Shown here: positions 38,970-48,304 of the stretch, in pieces
Layout of the letters: each line of letters starts with the position of its first letter
Numbering within the stretch: position 1 is the first letter of the stretch
Assembly: GCA_036405175.1 (NCBI GenBank)
Contig: DASWYC010000002.1
Span: forward strand, 251,429-315,428
DNA length: 64,000 bases
Reading direction: 5' to 3'
From: Minisyncoccota bacterium
Lineage (GTDB): Bacteria > Patescibacteriota > Minisyncoccia > Phycocordibacterales > UBA1006
Translations under genes and position numbers: made by a program
Notes under the pieces: model-generated
What the model saw: the letters and a program-made list of their open reading frames with translations, nothing else
What the model was told of the DNA's origin: nothing
Database searches by the model: none

Positions 38970-39635
38970 TTAAAGTTCTATAGACCCGTAAATACATGAG
39001 GATTGTTTTAAGTACACAGCCCACATACGATCACCCCAGCAAAAGTGCCACCACTCGCCAGGGTACCACACGAATTGTTCTCTCCTCATTGTTTCCCTTA
39101 AGATTTCTCTATTTTTCTGCTGCAACTCTGTAATACCTTTTGACAGCATAGGATGATTTACCCGATCTTCCTTACTTGCAATATTAAGATAGGGTGTTCC
39201 CATATCTAATAAGGTGCCGTCTTTACGTGCCAGTGTTACGTCAACAGCACCACCACAGTGATGGTTTGCCAGCTGAGTAGGCTTGGCTACCAAAAGCCGT
39301 ACAATCTTTTCAATATCATCGTCCGATAAAGCAGAATTTGACTGCTTCACTTTTAGCCATTCCCTATCCCAACTTTTCTGTTGAGATTCCAGTGTTCGAT
39401 AACCCTCAATTACTACTAATTGTAGATCTAATTGAGAGCTGAGGTAATTCCCAATCCGATAAAGTTTATCCGCGATTGTTCTACGTACAAAAAATATTGG
39501 ACTATTAACGCCAAATCCAGTTCCTTTTATGAGTCCAGGGATTTTTTGTAATTCAACGAGAGGTTCATTATTTTCATTAATAACAATACCCTCCCAATCA
39601 TTGCGAGATAGTACATGTTCTATTTGTGTTTTCAT
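38970..39635 (-). CDS. M15 family D-Ala-D-Ala dipeptidase (VanX/DdpX-like)
   Basis: The zinc ligands are HHCGGAVDV and WWHF. Confidence 0.65.
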   Translation of the reverse strand: MKTQIEHVLSRNDWEGIVINENNEPLVELQKIPGLIKGTGFGVNSPIFFVRRTIADKLYRIGNYLSSQLDLQLVVIEGYRTLESQQKSWDREWLKVKQSNSALSDDDIEKIVRLLVAKPTQLANHHCGGAVDVTLARKDGTLLDMGTPYLNIASKEDRVNHPMLSKGITELQQKNREILRETMRREQFVWYPGEWWHFCWGDRMWAVYLKQSSCIYGSIEL

Positions 39636-39709
39636 TTGATTCTATTTAAAGGTTTTTAACAATTGATACTCCTCACCTTACCAGATTATTCTATTTTTTC
39701 AACTGTCTG

Positions 39710-39783
39710 TGGGTGTACCAGGACTCGAACCTGGGACCTCGTCATTATCAGTGACGCGCTCTAACCACCTGAGCTATACACCC
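39710..39783 (-). tRNA. tRNA-Ile (anticodon GAT)
   Basis: The reverse complement is GGGTGTATAGCTCAGGTGGTTAGAGCGCGTCACTGATAATGACGAGGTCCCAGGTTCGAGTCCTGGTACACCCA. It forms a cloverleaf with a 7-bp acceptor stem. The anticodon loop is CTGATAA and CCA is not encoded. Confidence 0.85.
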
Positions 39784-39870
39784 GTTTGTGAATCTATACT
39801 AGCATAATTTTTGAGAAAATAAAACCCTAAACCAGCAAGAAAAAGTTAAAAAGAAAAACACCTCTCGGTG

Positions 39871-40176
39871 TTATTTCTTTTTTGCTTCTGAGCGCTTTAC
39901 GGTTGGTTTCTTGGTTGGGAGTGAGTTACGTGTACGTGCCTCAACAATATTGTTGCGAACCATAAAGTTGTGAACGGTATCTGAAACTTGTGCTCCAACT
40001 CCCATCCAGTATTGTGAACGTTCCTTGTTGATTGAAACAGTTCCTGACTTTGGAGTGTAATATCCAAGTTCTTCAATGAATTTTGCTGACTTTGGACCTT
40101 TGCGGGCATCGGTAACAACCACCTTATAGTGAGGCTCGTTTCTGCGTCCGATTCGATGTAATCTGATCTTTAACAT
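39871..40176 (-). CDS. rpsP: 30S ribosomal protein S16
   Basis: MLKIRLHRIGRRNEPHYKVVVTDAR...YWMGVGAQVSDTV. It has a basic C-terminal extension. The start was trimmed to the internal Met. Confidence 0.8.
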   Translation of the reverse strand: MLKIRLHRIGRRNEPHYKVVVTDARKGPKSAKFIEELGYYTPKSGTVSINKERSQYWMGVGAQVSDTVHNFMVRNNIVEARTRNSLPTKKPTVKRSEAKKK

Positions 40177-40230
40177 GTTCCCTATTCTATCAATGAAGGG
40201 GTTATTTGTCAAATAGTTATGAGTGTATTT

Positions 40231-41115
40231 TTAATTAACCGGCACCACCTGCTCTGCCCCAGCCAAAACAGCCTCCTTAGTGTGCCCTACAAGCAAGAAT
40301 CCAGCCCGGTGACAGAATTTAAGCCCTTCAATACCAGAAACAGCCTGAAGCTCTTCTCCGGAAAGTCCTCCCCATTCTTCAGGAAATCGCACCCAGCGTG
40401 AGAAAGTGCCCTCCATTTTACGCACGGTTTCTGCTCGCCATTCATTATTTTTTGGGTATACCACTACATGAACATCTGGATATTCGGTCTCAAGGCCTTC
40501 CCATAAATACATTTCATCAAATACAGCAGTATTCCCCTCTACATTGTTAAGCACCTCACGAGCACGATTATGCTCTCGCTCAACCACATATGCACGGGCA
40601 AGAATGCGCACGATCATTCCCTTCACGAATTCCATAGCCTCCATAAAATATGGATCAGTGTCTGTGCTGTCGAGGATTGGCTTATATGTTGAAATGATCT
40701 CACCTAAATTATATTGTGGCTGAAGTCCGCCCTCAGTAAGAGTTTGAATCAAGATGCCATTATCATGCGCATCTACTGGAATACAGATACGATCTTCAAT
40801 TTCCTGCCACAACTCTTTATTGTTATTGCAAATCTCATATCCAAAATGACGCCACACCAATCCACATGATGCATATGGAATACCGTTATGACGGATCCCG
40901 GCACCCTCTTGTTGATGATGATCAAATCTGTTGGCAGCTTCATTATAAATATGTCCAACATCAATTACATAATCTCCGGTTGCAATAACTTCTGGATCGC
41001 GGGTGCGGACCACTGTATAATCTTCTGCTTGCATGCCAAGGTAAATACCGAGCATGGCAACAGCACATACTTCATCGGCATGGAATCCTCCATTGTGGGT
41101 GATAACTTTTTTCAT
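40231..41115 (-). CDS. MYG1/UPF0160 family metal-dependent hydrolase
   Basis: The N-terminus is THNGGFHADEVCAVAML, with conserved His/Asp-rich segments. Confidence 0.55.
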   Translation of the reverse strand: MKKVITHNGGFHADEVCAVAMLGIYLGMQAEDYTVVRTRDPEVIATGDYVIDVGHIYNEAANRFDHHQQEGAGIRHNGIPYASCGLVWRHFGYEICNNNKELWQEIEDRICIPVDAHDNGILIQTLTEGGLQPQYNLGEIISTYKPILDSTDTDPYFMEAMEFVKGMIVRILARAYVVEREHNRAREVLNNVEGNTAVFDEMYLWEGLETEYPDVHVVVYPKNNEWRAETVRKMEGTFSRWVRFPEEWGGLSGEELQAVSGIEGLKFCHRAGFLLVGHTKEAVLAGAEQVVPVN

Positions 41116-41118
41116 ACA

Positions 41119-41457
41119 CTAAAATGTTTCTGAGACAATTACGCTATAAAATCCAAGAATAATAGCAAAGAGCCACAAGATGCCATTTGAATCAAAGAGT
41201 ATCAGTCCACTTGTGCGTGCAATACCATACACAATGAGCACCATAAGCACTGAACTGAATAATCCAAAGGTAATAAAATTCAATGGAAACGTAATAAATC
41301 CCAAAATTGGTTTAATAATTTCAAACAAGACTAAGAGGATTGCTCCTCCAATTATAAAATAATAGAGTGGTCCCGGAATGGTAATTCCAGGTAAGAGTTG
41401 ATCAAGTCCGTAGAGTCCTCCCGAGAGAAGGAATAGTTCAATAAGTTTGGAAAACAT
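41119..41457 (-). CDS. small 4-TM membrane protein (holin family IV / DUF360-like)
   Basis: LLSGGLYGLDQLLPGITIPG is followed by hydrophobic helices. The start was trimmed to MFSKLIELF. Confidence 0.4.
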   Translation of the reverse strand: MFSKLIELFLLSGGLYGLDQLLPGITIPGPLYYFIIGGAILLVLFEIIKPILGFITFPLNFITFGLFSSVLMVLIVYGIARTSGLILFDSNGILWLFAIILGFYSVIVSETF

Positions 41458-41517
41458 ATGTTTCTTAAGATTACAGCTAATAATCCAACCAAACGTTGCG
41501 AGCAGTACTCGCAAATA

Positions 41518-41967
41518 TTACCTTACCAATTCATCAACTACCTCTTTAACAAGTGCTCCATCAGCTTTTCCTGCAAGATCTTTCATTACTGATCCAACAA
41601 AAGGACCTTTTGAAATTGGTTCTGGAGTTGCTGCGATTTTTTCTTGTACAAATTTAGTAATATCTTCTTTACTCATGAGTTGTGGAAGATAGATTTCAAG
41701 TACGGTAAGTTCAAACTTTTCATTATCAGCAAGATCTTCACGCCCTGCTTTAGCAAATTCTTCAATAGCATCTTTGCGCTTTTTTGCTTCACGACGAATT
41801 ACAGAAACGGTTTCTTCTTCTGAAAGCGTTCCGTCTGGACCGCGCTTGAGATTTACGAGTTCATTAGTGATTGATGAGAGAATTCCGCGGATTACGGTAA
41901 GTTTCTCTGATTCTTTGGCACGCATTGCGTTTTTCATGTCTTCTTTGAGTGTTTCGAGGAGTGTCAT
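41518..41967 (-). CDS. GatB/YqeY domain protein
   Basis: LKEDMKNAMRAKESEKLTVIRGILSSI is the YqeY signature. Confidence 0.75.
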   Translation of the reverse strand: MTLLETLKEDMKNAMRAKESEKLTVIRGILSSITNELVNLKRGPDGTLSEEETVSVIRREAKKRKDAIEEFAKAGREDLADNEKFELTVLEIYLPQLMSKEDITKFVQEKIAATPEPISKGPFVGSVMKDLAGKADGALVKEVVDELVR

Positions 41968-42057
41968 ATAGATCAGAAATGTTTTATGAGTATGAATTTA
42001 GAATAGCATATTTGACGAGGTTTCTCAATTGGGGCGTTATATAAATTTATTTGCATA

Positions 42058-42088
42058 ACAGAGGCGCGACCTTCGGTCGCGCCTCTGT
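42058..42088. repeat. GC-rich hairpin repeat copy 1 (core GGCGCGACCTTCGGTCGCGCC)
   Basis: acagaggcgcgac cttcg gtcgcgcctctgt forms a 13-bp stem. It lies between the PBP2 stop and the yqeY start, and is identical in core to 54052-54072. Confidence 0.6.
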
Positions 42089-42115
42089 CCACTACAATCC
42101 AAACATTTACAACGG

Positions 42116-43894
42116 CTACTCAATTAACTCAATTCCACTTCCTGGCGCATCGCTTGGCAAATCTGCTACCCCGCTGTTATTTTTTTGAATTCCCCAGAAA
42201 TCTGGTGAATCAATAAATGATTGTTTAAGGAACTGACGCATTGCCCATGATGCGGTAACTGTAGTAGTTTTTGGTGCACTCTCCAATACCAGAGCAAATG
42301 AATAGCGCGGATTTTCATACGGGAAGAATCCTGTTACCCACGAGTTAATCCTGGTCTTGTCGGTTCCGACCTGTGCCGTTCCTGTTTTTGCAGCAATATT
42401 CACCTGAGACAGGTTAAGAACCCATGCCGTTCCACTCAATACTGTTTGGCGCATTCCATCTCTAATTACTTCATACGCATGCGGATCAATATCAAATACG
42501 TCAGACTTAGCCCCTTGTTCTCCTTTCAAAATCACCGGCGTTACCAAGTGCCCCCCATTTGCGATACCTCCAATACCACGCGCCAACTGAATTGGTGTCA
42601 CCTGAAATCCATACTGACCAATTGAAGTAATATAGGTATCTCCAAGCCACCAGTTTTCTTTGAAGAGTTTTTGTTTCCAGCTTGGGGTTGGAAGATTTCC
42701 CTTCTTTTCGTCCATAAATGAAATTCCTGTTTCTGATGCCAAACCAAATCCTGCTGTATATTTTTCAATATTCTTAATTCCAATCCCTTTGATATTTTTA
42801 TATCCTCCTCCAATTGCATAGAAATAGGTATTTACTGATTCTGCCAACGCTTTGGTTACATTGGTAACTCCGTGACCTCCCTTTTTCCAATCACGATAAA
42901 TAGATGGCTTATCCGGATTATATCGATTGGGAATTTCTATAGCACCCGTTGAATCAACTGTCGTATCTGCAGTTACGGTTCCTTCATTGAGTGCAGCCAG
43001 TGCAATGAATGGTTTAATAGTTGATCCTGGAGAGTAGAGTCCAGATGTTACACGATTCAAAAATGGTTTACGCTTATCATTAAAATAATCACGAATAGCT
43101 GCAACATCGGTACGATCAGAAAATACCTGTGGAGAAAACTCCGGTGCACTCGTCATGGCAAGCACTTCACCTGTTTGAATATCCATAATAATACCGGCAG
43201 CTCCCTGATATCCTCCGTCATTCATAGATGTTGAAAGTGCGTTAAAGAGTGCACTCTGCATGTTGGCATCAACAGAGGTAATCACATTGCTTCCATTTTT
43301 TGGGGGCACAACAGTTTGTGTTCCAATCTCTTTTCCGGTTGAGTCTACCTCTTTATAGATTGAGCCGTTTTCTCCGCGCAATAACTCATTATATGTTTTT
43401 TCAAGTCCTTCATATCCTTTGAGTTCCTTCTGCCACAATTGACCCTTTTTATCTTTCTTTGGATACTCAATATAGCCCAGCATTGAAAATCCTGGTTTTT
43501 CAATATAGGTGCGACGCGGAAAATCTTCATTTCCTGTTACGGTACTATTCCATGCTAAAAGTTTCCCATTTCTATCCAAGAGCGTTCCACGCTGTCCCCA
43601 TAGTGGTGTTGATGCAAGGCGATTCTTTTCTGCAATCGTCATATACTTCTCTCCGCCTTTCACTTGAAGGTTATAGAGCTTTACTCCTATACCGAGCAAA
43701 AATAAAATCATAATTGAAAATACAATTGCACGCGGAAATGATGGCAGCTTTGAATTCATCACGTTCTGCATCTGATCAACATCAAGCCCAGAAATATTTT
43801 CACTATCAATAAAAATCTCTTCCAAATTCTTATACGATGGTTTTGACTTCATTGAACTCGTTATCTTTTTACGATGATAGTTAATACGTATCAT
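42116..43894 (-). CDS. mrdA: penicillin-binding protein 2 (peptidoglycan D,D-transpeptidase)
   Basis: It has an N-terminal TM and a dimerisation domain. The SxxK is STIKPF and the KTG is KTGTAQV. Confidence 0.85.
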   Translation of the reverse strand: MIRINYHRKKITSSMKSKPSYKNLEEIFIDSENISGLDVDQMQNVMNSKLPSFPRAIVFSIMILFLLGIGVKLYNLQVKGGEKYMTIAEKNRLASTPLWGQRGTLLDRNGKLLAWNSTVTGNEDFPRRTYIEKPGFSMLGYIEYPKKDKKGQLWQKELKGYEGLEKTYNELLRGENGSIYKEVDSTGKEIGTQTVVPPKNGSNVITSVDANMQSALFNALSTSMNDGGYQGAAGIIMDIQTGEVLAMTSAPEFSPQVFSDRTDVAAIRDYFNDKRKPFLNRVTSGLYSPGSTIKPFIALAALNEGTVTADTTVDSTGAIEIPNRYNPDKPSIYRDWKKGGHGVTNVTKALAESVNTYFYAIGGGYKNIKGIGIKNIEKYTAGFGLASETGISFMDEKKGNLPTPSWKQKLFKENWWLGDTYITSIGQYGFQVTPIQLARGIGGIANGGHLVTPVILKGEQGAKSDVFDIDPHAYEVIRDGMRQTVLSGTAWVLNLSQVNIAAKTGTAQVGTDKTRINSWVTGFFPYENPRYSFALVLESAPKTTTVTASWAMRQFLKQSFIDSPDFWGIQKNNSGVADLPSDAPGSGIELIE

Positions 43895-43896
43895 AG

Positions 43897-44151
43897 CTAT
43901 ATCACCTGAGGAATTTTCATTGAGTCTTTAATGCGTTCGCCAGCAATAATTAATACTCCAATACATCCAAATACGATAGCAAGTGTTGTTAATTCTGCTC
44001 CACTCATAAGCACTGAGAGAAACAATGTTATTAAAATGATTCCTCTAAACGGAGTCACAAAAAAGACCACAATACAGATAGGAATTAACAGCCATGTTGG
44101 CAGTACCAATGCTGACCAGATAAGGAGTATTGCTGCGATGGTAAATTGCAT
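43897..44151 (-). CDS. small 3-TM membrane protein immediately upstream of PBP2 (possible minimal MreD-like)
   Basis: It is 84 aa and all hydrophobic. It ends 2 nt before the PBP2 start. Confidence 0.3.
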   Translation of the reverse strand: MQFTIAAILLIWSALVLPTWLLIPICIVVFFVTPFRGIILITLFLSVLMSGAELTTLAIVFGCIGVLIIAGERIKDSMKIPQVI

Positions 44152-44239
44152 AAATTAGACCTAGTATAGAGTCTTTCATGTTTCTTGAAAAGACTGCTCG
44201 GGAGTATATACTAGGATATATTCCTAATACTTTACACAT

Positions 44240-44515
44240 ATGGTAGAAATTTACACCACCAACACCTGCACCTATTGCGTTATGGCAAAAAACTTCATGA
44301 AAGATCAAGGTATTGAATATACAGAATACAATATTAGCAACGATGCTGATCGTCGCACCATTGCAATTGAAAAGTATCACGCGCAAGGGGTACCTTTGAT
44401 TGTGGTAAACGATACTCCTATTTATGGGTTTAAGCCTGATGAGATTTTACGCCTTCATAAAGAAGCTCCTATGACTGTTGCTAAAAACGGTTCTGATTTA
44501 GCTCAAGCAGCATAA
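44240..44515 (+). CDS. glutaredoxin-like protein (NrdH/Grx fold)
   Basis: The CxxC active site is in IYTTNTCTYCVMAKNFM. Confidence 0.7.
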   Translation: MVEIYTTNTCTYCVMAKNFMKDQGIEYTEYNISNDADRRTIAIEKYHAQGVPLIVVNDTPIYGFKPDEILRLHKEAPMTVAKNGSDLAQAA

Positions 44516-44527
44516 TCTCTTATTTGT

Positions 44528-45091
44528 ATGCTTACCAAACAAACATTTAGCTTTCATTCAAATACCGGACTTTCTGAAGATGCACTTAAGGGGCATGTTG
44601 CGCTCTATGAGAAATATGTAGATGAGGCAAATAATATTCTTACCAAGCTTAAAGGCGACGTTGCATTGCCTGAAAAACAAGAATTGATGCGCCGATTCTC
44701 ATTTGAGTTTAACGGAGCAAAGAATCATGAGTACTTTTTTGAGACACTCACTGGCGAAGCCCGTGAGATTAGTGAAGGCTCTGAATTGCACAAGAAGATT
44801 TCAGCAACATGGGGATCATATGATACATGGAAGTCTGAATTTATGATCCTGGCAAAAACCCGTGGCGTTGGATGGGCTATCCTCTGGCAAGACAATCAAA
44901 GTGGCGAACTCTATCACTCATGGGTAGACGAGCAACATCTTGGACAGCTCGTTGGTGCAACACATATTCTTGGTATTGATTGCTGGGAACACTCATTTAT
45001 TCTTGACTTTGGTATTACCGGACGTGCCGGATATCTAGAAAAAATCTTCCCCGCTCTTAACTTTGAAGTTATTGAACAACGAATTAAATAA
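44528..45091 (+). CDS. Fe/Mn superoxide dismutase family protein
   Basis: The C-terminal GVGWAILW...ILGIDCWEHSF matches the D-x-WEH motif. The N-terminal NHEYFFE is in the NHxxFW position. Confidence 0.6.
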   Translation: MLTKQTFSFHSNTGLSEDALKGHVALYEKYVDEANNILTKLKGDVALPEKQELMRRFSFEFNGAKNHEYFFETLTGEAREISEGSELHKKISATWGSYDTWKSEFMILAKTRGVGWAILWQDNQSGELYHSWVDEQHLGQLVGATHILGIDCWEHSFILDFGITGRAGYLEKIFPALNFEVIEQRIK

Positions 45092-45092
45092 C

Positions 45093-45123
45093 AAAAAACC
45101 GCTAATTAACTTAGCGGTTTTTT
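45093..45123. terminator. bidirectional terminator between sod-like and comEC-like genes
   Basis: aaaaaaccgctaa ttaac ttagcggtttttt. Confidence 0.6.
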
Positions 45124-46607
45124 GTTATTTCTTGTAGCTCAAATGCTTCAGATTTTTTAATGATGGCAAAGATTGCAAACATACAGCTCATACACGCAAC
45201 TAAAATAAGTACCATGGTACCGGTCATGATAAATGATGGAATATGATATCGTATCGTAATCCCCATAGACACCAACAAACTTGTTGCTTTAGTGAGCCCC
45301 CATGCAGTCCACAGTAACAGTGGCTGGATAAGTGGCACCAGCTGCGCCAACATTCCTACGAGCAAAAAACCAATCCCTACGACCGTATACATAAATACCA
45401 GTGGAATAACCAACAGAGACATCACCATGCCTCCAGGTGTTGCAACACCAAAGTATCCAATAATAATTGGCAGGGTGCCCATCCAAGCACCAAGCGTTGT
45501 GACAATGGCAGACGCTAATCCGCTCACATATTTGTGAATCTTGAGACTTTTAGTGAACATGGTATAGATTTTCATCGTATATACAATACCTAAAGTTGCT
45601 GCACAAGAAAGCAGTAGTCCAATATGGTCATTAAGTGGCGTTACGGTGACAATACTTATGTAAACGATCAAATAGAGAATAGTACGCTCAATTGATGGCA
45701 TGATACCGAATACTCGTAAGATCTCATGTAATAGGATACTTTGATATGCACGCGCAGAAGCTTCGGTATTTCCGGCAATCAACACTAGGATATATGAGAG
45801 TATTAATGAGGTTGCCACGATGGTGGTACGGTTTAAAAAACTTCTTCCCAATAAAAAGAGTCCTTCATATACAAGCAGAATATTATATCCAGATAGCACA
45901 ATAATATGAGAAATCCCAACGTCTCTAAAAAGTGACGAGAACCAATATGGCAAGTGGTTCTGCATTCCCAGCACAATACCTTCTGTTATACCGAGTGTTT
46001 CTTCTTGTAAATAGGTTTGATAAATTCCAGACAAATATGTTTGTGTTGCATACACAATACGTCCCACTATCTTTGAGGTACGTTCTATTGATTCCTCTTC
46101 TTTAAGTTTTAATCGCACACGTGCTGGCGGAATCTCGGTTACCGTAAGTTTGCCGCGCAGCAGAACCTCATCGTGATAAAAGTAGATATTTTTAGTAGTG
46201 AATGCTACTGAAAGATGTGGATCTTCAAAGTATGCTTGGTACGTTTGATCTTTAGTAGTTTCAGAAAGCTTGCGCTCAACAATAACAGAATATTTTTGAG
46301 TTTGCCCTACTTGCTCTTGTAGCAGTGCAATTGCTTTGCGTTTTACTGCCTCTTGATGAGAAAATACTTTATACGAAACTCCACCGATTACCAGTGCAAC
46401 CAAGCCTACTAAAAATATTATTTTAAATCGCACAAACTGGAATGTTGTACCAGCAATCGCAATTAACGCACTAGACAACACCAATATCATCACCAACGTA
46501 GAAGTTTCTGATGCAACGGCATTACGCACATAACTTGCCATCCAGATCCATACAATACACCAAAGTGGTAATCCTCGTGCAATGGTTTCAACTAATATAT
46601 TCATCAA
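45111..46607 (-). CDS. ComEC/Rec2-like DNA-uptake channel protein (competence domain only, no metallo-beta-lactamase domain)
   Basis: It has 10 or more TM helices. DVGISHIIVLSGYNILLV matches the ComEC GxSHLLAISGLH motif. Confidence 0.5.
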   Translation of the reverse strand: MMNILVETIARGLPLWCIVWIWMASYVRNAVASETSTLVMILVLSSALIAIAGTTFQFVRFKIIFLVGLVALVIGGVSYKVFSHQEAVKRKAIALLQEQVGQTQKYSVIVERKLSETTKDQTYQAYFEDPHLSVAFTTKNIYFYHDEVLLRGKLTVTEIPPARVRLKLKEEESIERTSKIVGRIVYATQTYLSGIYQTYLQEETLGITEGIVLGMQNHLPYWFSSLFRDVGISHIIVLSGYNILLVYEGLFLLGRSFLNRTTIVATSLILSYILVLIAGNTEASARAYQSILLHEILRVFGIMPSIERTILYLIVYISIVTVTPLNDHIGLLLSCAATLGIVYTMKIYTMFTKSLKIHKYVSGLASAIVTTLGAWMGTLPIIIGYFGVATPGGMVMSLLVIPLVFMYTVVGIGFLLVGMLAQLVPLIQPLLLWTAWGLTKATSLLVSMGITIRYHIPSFIMTGTMVLILVACMSCMFAIFAIIKKSEAFELQEITKNR

Positions 46608-46668
46608 CGTATCGTACGATCTGATGCAAAAACTTTCATTAGAAAAGTAACCAATTTTTTAGATACTA

Positions 46669-46693
46669 AAAACCCACCTTGCGGTGGGTTTTT
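46669..46693. terminator. intrinsic terminator downstream of dnaX
   Basis: aaaaacccacc ttgc ggtgggttttt. Confidence 0.55.
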
Positions 46694-46765
46694 AGCCGTT
46701 TGATAGTTGACCCAACATGATCTTAGGTCGTACTTATAGTATCGCGCAAAAAATTTTCATGTCAA

Positions 46766-47740
46766 CTAGTTTTCCACACCCTGCTGATTGAGCACCCACG
46801 CAATCATGTGCTCTCGTTTGTATTGAGTTGATTGCAAACTTTCTGCAAGTTGAATAAGTGACACCAACAACTGCGAGTTAATATTTTTTTGTTGTATAAA
46901 TTCTTGCTTGTGTTCTTCACTTAATGAGATTGATGTTTGATGTTCCCGGCCTGCATCATAACGTGACAATAAAATATATTGAACGGTTTCCAGTAAAAGT
47001 TCCGTAAAATAATCAAATGATTCAAGAGGAACCTTTTCAATGATCGAGAGTGCAGCAACAGGATTGGTGTAACTTCGCAAAAAGTTTTGAACGTCATGAC
47101 CATCAATCATAGTAAACCCATCTTTCATATGAAGACGACGCTCCAAAACACTCAATGCATCACGGAATGACCCTTTGGCCTGATGTACAATGCGCGTAAC
47201 CTCTTCTGTTTCAAGCGTCATTGATTCTTGCGACGCAACACCATTTACCAATGTCTCAATATCTTTGATTGATGGATTTTTAAAATCTAAAACTACACAA
47301 CGAGAAATAATTGTTGGAAGCACTTTGTGTTTTTCCGTAGTTGCAAAAATAAATATCACGTGCTTTGGCGGCTCTTCAATCGTCTTCAAAAGAGAGTTCC
47401 ATGCTTCTTTAGTGAGCATGTGCGCTTCATCGATAATATACATTTTGTAGTCGGAAGAAATTGGCAACGTGTATACGGTATCTTTTAAATCTTTTGCATG
47501 TTCAAGTTTTCGATAACTTGCAGCATCAATCTCGTACGTATCTTCCGGAGCAATGTTGAGCTCCCGTGCAAAAATACGTGCCAATGACGTTTTCCCAAGC
47601 CCACGCCCACCTACAAATAAATAGGCATGTGAGGGCGCTTTGGTGCCTGCCTGTTTCTTAAGAACTGACACCACATGGTCCTGCCCCACCACCTGATCAA
47701 AATTTTGAGGACGATATTTTCTATAGAGAACTTCTGACAT
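46766..47740 (-). CDS. dnaX: DNA polymerase III gamma/tau-like clamp-loader subunit, short form
   Basis: GQDHVVSVLKKQ, HAYLFVGGRGLGKTSLARIFAREL, EIDAAS, IIDEAHML and SRC in IISRCVVLDF. It is only 324 aa. Confidence 0.65.
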   Translation of the reverse strand: MSEVLYRKYRPQNFDQVVGQDHVVSVLKKQAGTKAPSHAYLFVGGRGLGKTSLARIFARELNIAPEDTYEIDAASYRKLEHAKDLKDTVYTLPISSDYKMYIIDEAHMLTKEAWNSLLKTIEEPPKHVIFIFATTEKHKVLPTIISRCVVLDFKNPSIKDIETLVNGVASQESMTLETEEVTRIVHQAKGSFRDALSVLERRLHMKDGFTMIDGHDVQNFLRSYTNPVAALSIIEKVPLESFDYFTELLLETVQYILLSRYDAGREHQTSISLSEEHKQEFIQQKNINSQLLVSLIQLAESLQSTQYKREHMIAWVLNQQGVEN

Positions 47741-47822
47741 ACTTATATTATATGTTTTTTAACTGGAAAATACAAAAAGCCCGAAGTATTCAGGCTTTGA
47801 GTAAATAAGAAATCTCTACTTC

Positions 47823-48233
47823 TTAATAAATACCAGTTTTAGCTTTTAAATATGCCTTTTGATTACTTTCTGTATCCTTAAAGTCGCTTCTATCCGTAAA
47901 TAATCTTAAAGCAACCAGTGATAAAAAACTCTCTCCTCCTATATGATTCACAGCATCAGCAAGCATATCAATAGCTTCTCCCAAACTCTTTGCCAAAGAA
48001 ATTGAAATAAGCTTTACATAAGTCTCGGTTTCCTTGTTCCCCTTTATTTGTTCGGTTAAATTATTCTGTACAAGACTTTTAGCTCCATCTAACTTTTCTT
48101 TTAGTTGAGAAGAAATATCGAACAACCCCATTGCATCCGGTGTTGTCTTAAAGCTTCTATAAATACTCCCTAAAGGCATATCTATTGGATTCAGACTGAG
48201 CCCACTTTTTTGAATTGGCATAATATTATTCAA
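47823..48233 (-). CDS. hypothetical protein
   Basis: ORF only. Confidence 0.35.
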   Translation of the reverse strand: MNNIMPIQKSGLSLNPIDMPLGSIYRSFKTTPDAMGLFDISSQLKEKLDGAKSLVQNNLTEQIKGNKETETYVKLISISLAKSLGEAIDMLADAVNHIGGESFLSLVALRLFTDRSDFKDTESNQKAYLKAKTGIY

Positions 48234-48304
48234 TTTTAATGATTATAAATATTTAAAAAACTAATTTACCCCACAAAAATACCACACTTCACAATTCTTG
48301 CCAA

